DNA from: Candidatus Woesearchaeota archaeon
GTDB lineage: Archaea > Nanobdellota > Nanobdellia > SCGC-AAA011-G17 > GW2011-AR17
Direction of reading: 5' to 3'
Assembly: GCA_964358335.1 (NCBI GenBank)
Contig: CAYHOW010000005.1
Coordinates: forward strand, 1 to 29,663
DNA length: 29,663 nt
Each line of letters begins with the position of its first letter. Positions within the stretch are counted from its first letter, which is position 1. Below are positions 1 to 8,568 of the stretch, piece after piece. The notes below the pieces were generated by a model, which was given only the letters and a program-made list of their open reading frames with translations, did no database searches and was not told the DNA's origin. The position numbers were made by a program, and so were the translations under genes.

Positions 1-191
1 CAAGTCTTTTTTTTATGGTTCTTATGTCACCTAATCAACAGAATTATCTATATATTAATCAACTGAACACAGAAGAAGGGAAATCCCAAAAAATAATAGA
101 AGTGAGAAATAGTGGAACATATCGAAAAAAATATTATTAGCTTCATGGAATATACGCCAAAACCCGATTTATCGCCTAAAAAAGAATAAAA

Positions 192-199
192 TTTATATA
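192..199 (+). promoter_or_regulatory. TATA-box-like element (TTTATATA) about 23 nt upstream of the ORF at 223; suggests a leaderless or short-leader archaeal transcript
   Basis: TTTATATA at 192-199 matches the archaeal TATA consensus (TTTAWA); AT-rich spacer; ATG at 223. Confidence 0.35.
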
Positions 200-222
200 C
201 TTTTCAATCGTTTGATTTCTTC

Positions 223-702
223 ATGGAACCAATAATTCAGTTTCATGGTTATACGTTGACATATCAATTAGGGAAATATTTTTCTGGCACATCAAGGCAT
301 GATTGGCTAAGAGAACATCTGCTACATAACGGATTTGAAGTGAAGGGGCACAGTGTTTTACCTCTCGAATGGGATGGAACTGGCCAACATCACGTAAATG
401 ATAAGCCCCTACTTGGCCTTCTTAGGAGAAAAACATTTTGGCATGAAAATGAGTTCTGTCTGGATTATGCATACTTGCTGGGTATCCCATGCGTCACGGT
501 AACTAGGTCAACAGAGGATCATACGTCCTTGCTTGATATCCCATGGATTAAAGGAACTAAGTCGATAGGGGATGGAGTGTTTCATATCACAACGATAACA
601 ACGATAGGGAGCATTTGTTTTGGCACTTACAATCCTTTCGACGAAAGCAAGATAGAGCCATACGTCAGGCGCGTCAAGGACATCTGCGACAGATTAGAGT
701 AA
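223..702 (+). CDS. hypothetical protein (159 aa), no family recognised
   Basis: Clean 159-aa ORF with GC-rich coding composition distinct from AT-rich flanks; TATA-like element just upstream; no recognisable motifs. Confidence 0.45.
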   Translation: MEPIIQFHGYTLTYQLGKYFSGTSRHDWLREHLLHNGFEVKGHSVLPLEWDGTGQHHVNDKPLLGLLRRKTFWHENEFCLDYAYLLGIPCVTVTRSTEDHTSLLDIPWIKGTKSIGDGVFHITTITTIGSICFGTYNPFDESKIEPYVRRVKDICDRLE

Positions 703-813
703 AAGGTCAAGGTTTGTCCTCTAAAAAAGAATAAGCTTTTTATATGACTATTCTATTTCAAGGTGCAAGATTCCGATATAGTCTTTAATATCCACAAAAA
801 GGAGTGAACAACC

Positions 814-1968
814 ATGGACAGCATTCTCCGCGAGGCGGCAAACAGGAGCAGCGCCGAGGTCAACGAAGGCAATGCAAAAGGCCCGATGGGCCCGAAATTC
901 CAGGCCCAGATAAAGAGGAACCCTATGGATGAGGAGCTGGAGCAGCTCATATCAAGGCAGAAGGCGAAGATAAAGGTCGTAGGCGCCGGGGGCGGAGGAA
1001 ACAATTCCATCAACAGGATGACCGAGGTAGGCATCACCGGATGCGAGACAATAGCCGTCAACACTGACGCGCAGGACCTTCTTTACACTAACGCTGACAC
1101 GAAGATTCTCATCGGAAAAGAATTGACGCAGGGCCTGGGCGCCGGAAGCATTCCGCAGGTAGGCGAGGAAGCGGCGAGGGAAAGCGAGCAGGAGCTCAAG
1201 CAGAAAGTCCAGGGCGCCGACATGGTGTTCATTACATGCGGCATGGGCGGAGGCACCGGCACCGGCTCGACTCCGGTGATAGCGGAGATAGCCAAGAAGT
1301 GCGGCTCGCTGACCGTGGCCATAGTTACGTTGCCTTTCAGCATGGAAGGCTCGAGAAGGTACGAGAATGCGGTCATCGGGCTGGAAAAATTAGCGGCAAT
1401 CGTGGACACATTGATAGTCATACCCAACGACAAGCTGATGGAGCTGGCACCAGACTTGCCACTGCACACAGCTTTTAAGGTAGCAGACGAAATCCTTACC
1501 AATTCCGTCAAGGGGATAGCGGAACTGGTAACGAAAGCAGGCTTAGTGAACCTAGACTTCGCAGACATCCGCGCCGTTATGGGGAAGGGCGGTGTCGCGA
1601 TGATAGGCATCGGCGAATCAGACTCCGAGAACAGAGCCACCGAGTCAGTGGAGAAGGCCATCAACAATCCTCTCTTGGACGTCGACATTACCGGAGCCAA
1701 TGGCGCATTGATTAATGTTGCCGGCGGGCCGGACATGACTTTGGATGAAGCAAGAAGGGTGGTAGAGACCATCTCTGAGAGGCTGGACGAAGACGCAAGG
1801 GTGATTTGGGGCGCCCAAATTTCAGCCGACATGGCCGGGACAATAAGGACGTTGCTGATAGTGACGGGAGTCAGTTCGCCGCAGATTTTAGGGCCGAAGA
1901 AGAAAAGAAGCTCTGCTGAAATGAAGCAGGAAGTCCAGAACGAGCTAGGCATAGAGTTCGTGGACTGA
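814..1968 (+). CDS. ftsZ: cell division GTPase FtsZ
   Basis: Tubulin/FtsZ signature GGGTGTG (…[24 protein letters not shown]…), [14 protein letters not shown]-terminal GTP-binding region, C-terminal domain; AGGAGTGA Shine-Dalgarno 8 nt upstream; oligo-T after stop. Confidence 0.92.
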   Translation: MDSILREAANRSSAEVNEGNAKGPMGPKFQAQIKRNPMDEELEQLISRQKAKIKVVGAGGGGNNSINRMTEVGITGCETIAVNTDAQDLLYTNADTKILIGKELTQGLGAGSIPQVGEEAARESEQELKQKVQGADMVFITCGMGGGTGTGSTPVIAEIAKKCGSLTVAIVTLPFSMEGSRRYENAVIGLEKLAAIVDTLIVIPNDKLMELAPDLPLHTAFKVADEILTNSVKGIAELVTKAGLVNLDFADIRAVMGKGGVAMIGIGESDSENRATESVEKAINNPLLDVDITGANGALINVAGGPDMTLDEARRVVETISERLDEDARVIWGAQISADMAGTIRTLLIVTGVSSPQILGPKKKRSSAEMKQEVQNELGIEFVD

Positions 1969-1980
1969 TTCTTTTTTTTG
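1969..1980 (+). terminator. oligo-T tract (8 T) directly after ftsZ stop; archaeal-type terminator
   Basis: ttcttttttttg immediately 3' of TGA at 1966-1968. Confidence 0.4.
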
Positions 1981-1987
1981 ATTAAAA

Positions 1988-2479
1988 ATGGGCTGGATAA
2001 GAAAAACATTAGGCGGGATAACTCTTTCTTTAGCCCTGGCTTCAGGATGCGGCCTGTTCCAGGAAGACCCTGAGCAGGTTAGGAAAGTGGAGAAAGCGAA
2101 GAACAGGAACGGCTACCTGAAAAGATGCGAGAAGGATTTAGGCGAGTACAGGAAGCTGGCCAAATCATACAATGACAATGGTCTTCTTAAATCATTAGGC
2201 AGCGAGAGATGGTGCTCTAAGGAGAGGTATGACAAGCACGAGGACATCGCTGAGCTGAGATACTTGGCAAGGAAGAGGTCGCTGGCATTCTGCAACGGCA
2301 GCTTCAGCGAAGCGCTCAAATCATCAGAAAAGTACGGCGACCCAGCAGGCAGGCTGATGCTGAGAAGGATAAGCAAGGACCAGGTGTGCGAAGGAAGCAT
2401 AAGGGGCAACTACGAGTCGGCGGAAATCTACATCGAATACGTTCAAGGCTTGAGGCGAAGGCAGAGGGTCCGCAGATGA
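1988..2479 (+). CDS. putative secreted lipoprotein (signal peptide + lipobox LASGC)
   Basis: N-terminus MGWIRKTLGGITLSLALASGCG = hydrophobic h-region followed by L-A-S-G-C lipobox; charged/Cys-containing mature part; stop overlaps coaD start (ATGA). Confidence 0.5.
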   Translation: MGWIRKTLGGITLSLALASGCGLFQEDPEQVRKVEKAKNRNGYLKRCEKDLGEYRKLAKSYNDNGLLKSLGSERWCSKERYDKHEDIAELRYLARKRSLAFCNGSFSEALKSSEKYGDPAGRLMLRRISKDQVCEGSIRGNYESAEIYIEYVQGLRRRQRVRR

Positions 2480-2982
2480 AGAAGGCGGTCTACGCAGGCA
2501 CTTTCGACCCGATAACCAACGGCCACCTGTGGATGGCCAAAGAAGGGGCGAGGCTGTTCGACAGGCTAGTCGTCTCGATAGGCGTGAACCCCAAAAAAAG
2601 GTGCACGTTCTCTTTAGAGGAGAGATTGGACATGCTGAAGAAGACATTGAAGGAGTTCCGCAACGTAAAGGTGGACTCGTTTTCGAACCAGTACCTTGCG
2701 AACTACGCGGCATCTATAAATGCAGAATACCTGCTGAGGGGGATAAGGACAGAGGGCGACTATCAATATGAACGCACGATGCGCCACATCAACAGCGACA
2801 GGAACCCTAACATAGTCACCGTCTACCTCATGCCGCCAAGAGAGATAGTTGAGGTCAGCTCGAGTATGGTCAAAGAACTTATAGGGCCCGAAGGATGGGA
2901 AGAGGCTATCAAGAGCTACGTCCCGGAATACGTCTACGGCAAGCTCATTGAAAAATTCAAAGCCAAGCCGCCCCAACAGTAA
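2476..2982 (+). CDS. coaD: phosphopantetheine adenylyltransferase, bacterial type (CoaD/PPAT)
   Basis: MKKAVYAGTFDPITNGHLWM… contains the bacterial CoaD nucleotidyltransferase motif GTFDPxTxGH; length ~168 aa typical of CoaD; start chosen at ATG 2476 inside the longer ORF 2386..2982. Confidence 0.85.
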   Translation: MKKAVYAGTFDPITNGHLWMAKEGARLFDRLVVSIGVNPKKRCTFSLEERLDMLKKTLKEFRNVKVDSFSNQYLANYAASINAEYLLRGIRTEGDYQYERTMRHINSDRNPNIVTVYLMPPREIVEVSSSMVKELIGPEGWEEAIKSYVPEYVYGKLIEKFKAKPPQQ

Positions 2983-3165
2983 CATTTATAAATGCGACCT
3001 ATTTCTTTATGCTTTAACATCGTTATCATGGACATAGGGCAGGAACTGTCCGAATCAAAGCCTGTCAGAGATGGAAACGAATTTCTGTCAATGAAGCAGG
3101 AAGCCATATCTTCAACATCCATAGGTGTTAGGGTATGAGTAGTTCACAACCAGCTAGTTTGGAAA

Positions 3166-3357
3166 ATGGCAAAACTAACAGAAAACTGGGTAAGGCTGAA
3201 GAGCTTCGTCAAGGAGTGCTACAGGGTAGTCCAGGTGACAAAGAAGCCTACCATGATTGAGTTCAAGACGATAGTCAAGGTCACGGGCATGGGCATAGCG
3301 GCCATAGGTTTGATAGGCTTTGTCATCGCTATAGCTGGCCAGCTGTTGGGAATATAA
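3166..3357 (+). CDS. secE: preprotein translocase subunit SecE / Sec61-gamma
   Basis: 63-aa protein with single C-terminal TM helix (VTGMGIAAIGLIGFVIAIAGQLL) and basic N-terminal amphipathic region; immediately upstream of spt5, the conserved archaeal secE-nusG(spt5) arrangement. Confidence 0.7.
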   Translation: MAKLTENWVRLKSFVKECYRVVQVTKKPTMIEFKTIVKVTGMGIAAIGLIGFVIAIAGQLLGI

Positions 3358-3361
3358 AAAA

Positions 3362-3832
3362 ATGGAAAACAAAATCTACGCACTGAGGACGACCGCAAAC
3401 AGGGAAGACCAGGTTGTCGACTTTATATCGTCACATGTTCAAAAGAAGAAGCTAGAGGTTTATGCTATCGTAAGGCCGCACGGCATGAGGGGCTATGTAT
3501 TCTTAGAGGCTAAGGATAAGGAAGCTGCCGAGGAATCTTTCTTCGGCGTCCCATACGCCAAGGGCCTGCTGAAGGAACCTATCAAGTACGAGGAGATCGA
3601 GCCTATGCTTGAGCAGGTCAAGACGCAGATAAATATCCAGAAGAACGACATAGTGGAGATCATATCAGGGCCTTTCAAGAGGGAGAAGGCGAAGATAGCG
3701 AGGATAGACCCGCAGAAGGAAGAGGTCGTCGTCGAGCTTTTGGAAGCCGCAGTGCCCATCCCGATAACCTTGAAGATGGACTCTGTCAAGGTCATAAGAA
3801 GGGAAGGCGAAGAGGACAACAAGGAATTATAG
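3362..3832 (+). CDS. spt5: transcription elongation factor Spt5 (archaeal NusG; NGN + KOW domains)
   Basis: N-terminal NGN-like (IYALRTTANREDQVVDFI…GYVFLEAKD) and C-terminal KOW (GPFKREKAKIARIDPQKEEVVVEL); synteny with secE. Confidence 0.8.
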   Translation: MENKIYALRTTANREDQVVDFISSHVQKKKLEVYAIVRPHGMRGYVFLEAKDKEAAEESFFGVPYAKGLLKEPIKYEEIEPMLEQVKTQINIQKNDIVEIISGPFKREKAKIARIDPQKEEVVVELLEAAVPIPITLKMDSVKVIRREGEEDNKEL

Positions 3833-3885
3833 GTTCCTTTTATTTCACGCTCAAAACCAATGATTGAATATTAGGAGGTTTCAAG

Positions 3886-4221
3886 ATGGATGAGAAAGAA
3901 ATGCAGGAGAGGGCTTTCGAGGTAATCGAGCTCGCGAAGAGGACTGGAAGAATCAAGAAGGGTTCTAACGAGGTTACAAAGGCGATTGAGAAGGGCGCGG
4001 CCAAACTGGTCGTTGCAGCTAAGGATGTAAATCCGCCGGAGATTGTCATGCACTTGGCTCCATTATGCAAGGAGAAAGGCGTGCCGTTCGTCATGGTCAA
4101 GAGCAAGGACGAGCTTGGCACGGCTGCAGGATTGGCGCTATCGACAGCGGCAGTTGCAGTGGTGCAAGAGGGCGACGCAAGGAATCTTCTAGAGAAGCTG
4201 TCAAAGGAAATGACTGAATAA
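3886..4221 (+). CDS. rpl7ae: 50S ribosomal protein L7Ae (K-turn binding)
   Basis: [54 protein letters not shown]… typical L7Ae/L30e fold signature; AGGAGGT SD 7 nt upstream; heads the conserved L7Ae-S28e-L24e-ndk cluster. Confidence 0.88.
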   Translation: MDEKEMQERAFEVIELAKRTGRIKKGSNEVTKAIEKGAAKLVVAAKDVNPPEIVMHLAPLCKEKGVPFVMVKSKDELGTAAGLALSTAAVAVVQEGDARNLLEKLSKEMTE

Positions 4222-4223
4222 AA

Positions 4224-4505
4224 ATGGCAAAGAAAAACCCGGAACAACAAGCCGCTCAGAAGGAAGAGACAGCATCAACTAAATCTCTCTTTTCAGTAGC
4301 TGTTCCTGCAAGGGTTGAAGAAGTTGTGGGAAGGACAGGCACCAGGGGCGAGGTAGTCCAAGTAAGGTGCAAGGTCCTGGAAGGCAGGGACGCTAACAAG
4401 GTCCTCACAAGGAACGTCAAGGGCCCGGTAAGGGTCAGGGACATCCTGATGCTGAGGGAGACAGAGATTGAGGCTAGGAAGATGGGCAAGGGCGGTGGCA
4501 AGTAA
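4224..4505 (+). CDS. rps28e: 30S ribosomal protein S28e
   Basis: [48 protein letters not shown] matches S28e OB-fold consensus (EVIxxxGRTGxxGEVTQV…ILEGRD…TRNVxGP). Confidence 0.85.
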   Translation: MAKKNPEQQAAQKEETASTKSLFSVAVPARVEEVVGRTGTRGEVVQVRCKVLEGRDANKVLTRNVKGPVRVRDILMLRETEIEARKMGKGGGK

Positions 4506-4679
4506 TGGCAAACTGCTCATTCTGCAACAAGGCTCTGGAGAAGGGCACGTGCAAGATGTTCGTATACGCATCAGGCAAGATATTGTATTTCTGCTCGACC
4601 AAGTGCGAGAAGAACATGCTAGTGCTCAAAAGGAAAGCGAGGACCCTTAAGTGGGCATCCGCGGAGAAGAAGAAATGAT
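4506..4679 (+). CDS. rpl24e: 50S ribosomal protein L24e (zinc-ribbon)
   Basis: 57-aa ORF absent from the >=60-aa track: [57 protein letters not shown]; C4 zinc-binding pattern CxxC…CxxC and the K(R)xARxxKW tail of L24e; overlaps ndk start. Confidence 0.8.
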
Positions 4680-5154
4680 TGAGGCGACGCTGGTGCTGGT
4701 GAAGCCCGACGGAGTCATGAGGGGCCTGATAGGGGAGATTGTCAGGAGGTTCGAGCAGAGGGGATTGAAGATTGCCGGACTCAAGATGATGAGGATAGAC
4801 CCTGGCTTCGCCAAGGAGCATTACGTCGAGCATGTCGGCAAGGCATTCTACAATGGGCTGGAAGAGTTCATAACATCCGGTCCGGTAGTGGCGATGGTGG
4901 TGGAAGGCGTGGACGCGGTCGAGCTGGTAAGGAAACTTGTTGGCGCAACAGAGCCCAAGTCAGCCTTGCCTGGCACGATAAGGGGCGACTACGCGCACAT
5001 ATCATACAGCCACGCTGACGAGAAGAAGATCTCAATCAAGAACCTGGTGCACGCATCGGGCAACAAGAAGGATGCCGAGAGGGAAGTCAACCTGTGGTTC
5101 AGCATCGACGAGCTGCACAACTACCCGATGGTCCACGACGAGCACGTCTTGTGA
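4675..5154 (+). CDS. ndk: nucleoside diphosphate kinase
   Basis: MIEATLVLVKPDGVMRGLIGEIVRRFEQRGLKIAGLKMM… NDK fold with NxxHxSD-equivalent (NLVHASGNKKDAE); start placed at ATG 4675 (MIEAT…, typical NDK N-terminus) rather than the upstream ATG 4651. Confidence 0.88.
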   Translation: MIEATLVLVKPDGVMRGLIGEIVRRFEQRGLKIAGLKMMRIDPGFAKEHYVEHVGKAFYNGLEEFITSGPVVAMVVEGVDAVELVRKLVGATEPKSALPGTIRGDYAHISYSHADEKKISIKNLVHASGNKKDAEREVNLWFSIDELHNYPMVHDEHVL

Positions 5155-5162
5155 TTTTTTTT
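5155..5162. terminator. T8 tract shared by convergent ndk (+) and wHTH regulator (-) genes
   Basis: tttttttt directly after the ndk TGA and next to the minus-strand stop at 5161. Confidence 0.4.
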
Positions 5163-5562
5163 ATATTTGCTTATCTATTTCTTCAGCTATATTTTTCATT
5201 GAAGTAAAGAATTCGTTGGCGTCTTTCTTCAGGAGATCTATGAGCTGGACAAGGTTATTCGTCCGGAGCATGTACTTGTTGCGTTTAGAGACGACGATGC
5301 CGGCGTCCATCAGGCGGTTAAGGTGATGCACCACAGTGCCTCTAGTGAGGTTAAGCTTGTAGGCTATCTCGTCGCTCGACAGCGGCTTGTCTATTTTGGA
5401 CGCCTTAAGGAGCTCGACGAAAATCCTGAAGCAGGACTTCTCCTTGTCCCTGAGGTTGAACAGCCCTAAGGAGTTGGAGAACCACTGTATCTCCTGGTTG
5501 ACGGTCTGCGTCCCGGCCTTGTCTATCTTGACAATGGTTATCCTCTTGAACGAATTTATCAT
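5161..5562 (-). CDS. small winged-HTH transcriptional regulator (ArsR/TrmB-like)
   Basis: LSSDEIAYKLNLTRGTVVHHLNRLMDAGIVVSKR is a canonical wHTH recognition helix–wing; start trimmed to Met at 5562 (MINSFKR…) because a TATA-like element TTTATA (5589-5596, minus strand) lies about 27 nt upstream. Confidence 0.55.
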   Translation of the reverse strand: MINSFKRITIVKIDKAGTQTVNQEIQWFSNSLGLFNLRDKEKSCFRIFVELLKASKIDKPLSSDEIAYKLNLTRGTVVHHLNRLMDAGIVVSKRNKYMLRTNNLVQLIDLLKKDANEFFTSMKNIAEEIDKQI

Positions 5563-5623
5563 TTCAATGATTAGAGTGCATAGGTTCGTATAAATAGTTT
5601 GTGATGGGAAAAATAAAAAAGAA

Positions 5624-6511
5624 TTATTTCTTCTGCTTTGCCGCAACGGCTTGAGCCGTGCCCTGGTCGATATCGGAGCTGTTTATCAGGAGCGTGGGGC
5701 TGATGCCCTTGTCCGTGAGGATGAACTTCGAGTTGTTCTTCAATGAGCTCTCGACGACCTCAAGCTGCTTAAGGAGCTGTGCGTTGCCCTTGAAGTACTT
5801 CTCTGCGGACTCGTTGATTATCTTTATCGCGCCTGCCTGCGCCTCGGCTTTTAACTTTATCGACTGCGCCTCGCCCTCGGCCTCCTTGATCTTTGCCCTT
5901 CTCGAGCCGTCAGCCTCTGTCTCCTTGGCTGTGGCGAAATCTATGGAGGCGGTCTTCTCGTTCTCGGCGATGACGACCTTGTTCATTGTGGCCTGGACGT
6001 CCTCGGGAGGATTGATCTCCTTCAGCTCGGCCCTGACAATCTCGATGCCCCAGTCAGCGGTCTCGGTGCTTAGCGTCTTCATGAGGTCCTTGTTTATCAT
6101 GTTCCTTTCGCCGTTCGCGTCAGAGAGCTTCATGGTGCCTATGATGTTCCTCAATGTCGTCCTTGCGAGGTTGACTATCTGGTTCTCGCAGTTGTAGACG
6201 TAGTACTGTGAGTTCTTGACGTTCTTCTCGTCTGCCCTTATCTTGAAATATATCTGGGCGTCGACTTTGGCGTTAAGCTTGTCGCTGGTGATTATCTCCT
6301 GGGACTCGACGTTGACCATCTTCTCCGTGATGTTGACGACAATCATCCTGTCCACTATTGGGATTATCCAGTTGAAGCCGTTGTTGGCGAACTTGTGGTA
6401 CTTGCCGAGCCTTTCTATGAGGCCCTTCTCTGTCGGCCTGATTATCCTTATGCCTGCGAAAAAAACCAGTGCAAATGCGCCTATAGCTGAATAGATATAG
6501 ATATTTGACAT
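5624..6511 (-). CDS. SPFH/band-7 family membrane protein (stomatin/prohibitin-like)
   Basis: N-terminal TM helix (IYIYSAIGAFALVFFAGI) then SPFH core (IIRPTEKGLIERLGKYHK…, QEIITSDKLNAKVDAQIYFKI, NIIGTMKLSDANGERNMI), C-terminal Ala/Glu/Lys coiled coil; start at Met 6511 (MSNIYIY). Confidence 0.8.
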   Translation of the reverse strand: MSNIYIYSAIGAFALVFFAGIRIIRPTEKGLIERLGKYHKFANNGFNWIIPIVDRMIVVNITEKMVNVESQEIITSDKLNAKVDAQIYFKIRADEKNVKNSQYYVYNCENQIVNLARTTLRNIIGTMKLSDANGERNMINKDLMKTLSTETADWGIEIVRAELKEINPPEDVQATMNKVVIAENEKTASIDFATAKETEADGSRRAKIKEAEGEAQSIKLKAEAQAGAIKIINESAEKYFKGNAQLLKQLEVVESSLKNNSKFILTDKGISPTLLINSSDIDQGTAQAVAAKQKK

Positions 6512-6730
6512 TTCGAGGATTAGAATCGGCGGTTTGTTTAAAAATGTTGCTAATCTGGGAGGCTTTGCACACAAACCCTGCCCTGCACATAAAGTCCATA
6601 TTTGATGGAATTGGCTGAAATCGCACTTGTCGACCTTAGATTGACAAGTTGCACATAAATGCATATAACCTTGTCAATGTTATCTTAGGATTTAAAAAAG
6701 AGCCAAGAAGAATTAGCCTAAAGTCAAATA

Positions 6731-8182
6731 CTACTTATAGAATTTTTTTGCTTCATCAAAAAGTTTAGTCAATTCATTTAAATCTAAATAAACCATCTTT
6801 TTTTGGTCTAACATTTCTAAACATTTGGGAGTAAAACCAGATTTCGAAACAAATAAATAATTGAAACTACCACTTTTATTTATTAATTTGGATTTTTCAT
6901 CTAATTTTTTTATATCTAATACATCCATTGGTTTATTTGTCCATTTAACTTCACAAAGAATAATTTGCCTTGTTTTTGAATTATTAGCTACAATTTCAAT
7001 CTCTTCAGTTACCCCTGCTAAATTTTTTCCCCACCACCAACTAATCTCATCAAAATTAATATGAAGTTCTTTTATATTTTTAGTATTATATAATATTAAT
7101 AATTCTCTTATAATTTCCTCAAATCTAAAACCTATAAAGCTATTCAAATCAGTCTCTATTTTCTTTTTTAATAAGTCCCTTCCTCCGATTTCAATTAAAG
7201 ATAGATTAGGATAAATAAATTTATACCAGAACTGAAAAAAATTATCAATAAATTTATATCTTGGTTTTATATTTCGTGTAGGAAAAAGAGGCTCTGTTTT
7301 TTTAATAAGATTTAAAAGTTCTATTAGGTTAGTGAAGTAGAAATCAATTGAACTTTGAGGAATTCCTGATTTTTCAATTATTTCTTCCCTAGTTCCATTA
7401 CTCTGTGCAATGGCATGTAGTATTGAATTATAGTTAGTTTCTTTCTTTAATTCCATTGTTATAAAATTTGTTGGTTCATCTATTAAAGGAGCAGATCTGC
7501 GTAAAACAAGTTTATTAATAATAGTCATTAAGTCTTTATTCGATTCATCTTTAACAAACCATAAGAAATGCGGTGTACCCCCAAATATAGAATAAAGTTC
7601 TACTTTCTTTGCTTCATCAAGATCTTCAAACATTTCTCTAAAATCAACATATCTAAATGGTTTAAATTCAATTTTTAAGGTCATACGCCCATATAAAGGC
7701 GCTGTTTTTTCCATAAATATATCATACATCATACTCATAGATGATCCAACCGCAAAAAACATTATATTTGTATATTTTAGTTTAGAATCCCAGAAATCTT
7801 GAAACATAGTCAAAAACTCAGGAGATTGTTCTTTTAATCTTGGAAATTCGTCCATTATAAAAATAAATTTTTCCTTAGATGCCTTTCTTTCTAAATATTG
7901 GAAGAAACTTGCCCATTCTACAAAAGTTTCTCTTTCCCCAGTTTGGTCAAAAATAGTATCTGATAATAAGGTCAGTAGTTCTTTTTTATTGGTTTTATTT
8001 ACAAAGTAATAAACTGCATTTTTTTTATCTTCTATAAATTTCTGAATAAATAAAGTTTTTCCGAGCCTTCTTCTTCCATATATGACGCAAAATTCACCCT
8101 TTTTAAGTTCCTTATATCTTCTATCTAAATCTTCTAATTCCTTTCTTCGGTCATAAAATTCCATTTTACCTAGTCTAACCAA
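6731..8182 (-). CDS. AAA+ ATPase of the archaeal Arch_ATPase/DUF234 family (483 aa)
   Basis: Walker A YGRRRLGKT, Walker B IFIMDEF, C-terminal DUF234-like region; coding region is strikingly AT-rich compared with neighbours. Confidence 0.75.
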   Translation of the reverse strand: MVRLGKMEFYDRRKELEDLDRRYKELKKGEFCVIYGRRRLGKTLFIQKFIEDKKNAVYYFVNKTNKKELLTLLSDTIFDQTGERETFVEWASFFQYLERKASKEKFIFIMDEFPRLKEQSPEFLTMFQDFWDSKLKYTNIMFFAVGSSMSMMYDIFMEKTAPLYGRMTLKIEFKPFRYVDFREMFEDLDEAKKVELYSIFGGTPHFLWFVKDESNKDLMTIINKLVLRRSAPLIDEPTNFITMELKKETNYNSILHAIAQSNGTREEIIEKSGIPQSSIDFYFTNLIELLNLIKKTEPLFPTRNIKPRYKFIDNFFQFWYKFIYPNLSLIEIGGRDLLKKKIETDLNSFIGFRFEEIIRELLILYNTKNIKELHINFDEISWWWGKNLAGVTEEIEIVANNSKTRQIILCEVKWTNKPMDVLDIKKLDEKSKLINKSGSFNYLFVSKSGFTPKCLEMLDQKKMVYLDLNELTKLFDEAKKFYK

Positions 8183-8201
8183 AGTAATTTACCTTGTTCT
8201 A

Positions 8202-8297
8202 ACAAGGTGAAGTAATACATATTTATAAACCTTTCTTTTTATTTTACATTCTTTTAACAAGGTTTTTTACCTTACTCTAACAAGGTTATTTTTATTA
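8202..8297. promoter_or_regulatory. Paired palindromic operator-like sites (ACCTTGTT-CT-AACAAGGT at 8202-8219; ACCTTACT-CT-AACAAGGT at 8280-8297; extra AACAAGGT at 8267-8274) flanking a TTTATAAA TATA box (8233-8240) upstream of the AT-rich ATPase gene
   Basis: Perfect 8-2-8 inverted repeat, a near-perfect second copy and a third half-site, all within 120 bp upstream of the minus-strand start at 8182. Confidence 0.35.
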
Positions 8298-8541
8298 ATT
8301 CAAAACTATTTTGAATTAGTAGCCTGATGGCTACAGGCTTTAGAGGACTTTGAAAAATTCCTATTTTTAAAAAGTTTTTCTATTTTCAGCCTGAGTTTGA
8401 CAGTTGTTGCTAATTCTTGAGAATTTTAGCGGAGTGCATGCTCCAGTTCGGCGTTAAGCCTGATTTCTAACCACTTTATGTGCAAAGCCTCCAAATCCGC
8501 AACCTTTAAATATAAGTTGCAGTTTACTTAAGAGAAATAGG

Positions 8542-8560
8542 CGTTGACTTAAAGTCAACG
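8542..8560. promoter_or_regulatory. Perfect 9-1-9 palindrome CGTTGACTT-A-AAGTCAACG between a TATA-like box (TTTAAATA ~8508-8515) and the grpE start; candidate heat-shock operator
   Basis: Exact inverted repeat read directly; ends 8 nt before the grpE ATG (8569), overlapping the expected TSS/RBS region (GAGGT at 8560-8564). Confidence 0.4.
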
Positions 8561-8568
8561 AGGTAAAA

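Noticed and set aside
753-1064. Minus-strand 103-aa ORF
   Set aside because: Spans the ftsZ promoter and start on the opposite strand; no RBS or TATA support.
1236-1478. Plus-strand 80-aa ORF
   Set aside because: Alternative frame inside ftsZ; Arg/His-rich artefact.
1083-2009. 308-aa minus-strand ORF
   Set aside because: Entirely antisense to ftsZ, with Ser/Pro-rich low-complexity translation typical of shadow ORFs in GC-rich coding DNA.
2113-2713. Minus-strand ORFs of 98 and 129 aa
   Set aside because: Antisense to the lipoprotein and coaD genes.
2529-2771. Plus-strand 80-aa ORF
   Set aside because: Alternative frame inside coaD.
2934-3122. 62-aa minus-strand ORF in the coaD–secE intergenic region, and a search there for C/D-box or H/ACA sRNA or a tRNA
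   Set aside because: No RUGAUGA/CUGA box pairing or tRNA cloverleaf could be built; the ORF has no start context and is probably noise.
5658-6197. 179-aa plus-strand ORF
   Set aside because: Antisense to the SPFH gene; no motif.
8322-8340. Hairpin GCCTG-ATGGCTA-CAGGC in the long ATPase–grpE intergenic region
   Set aside because: The 5-bp stem is too short to call a structured RNA or terminator with confidence; noted only.
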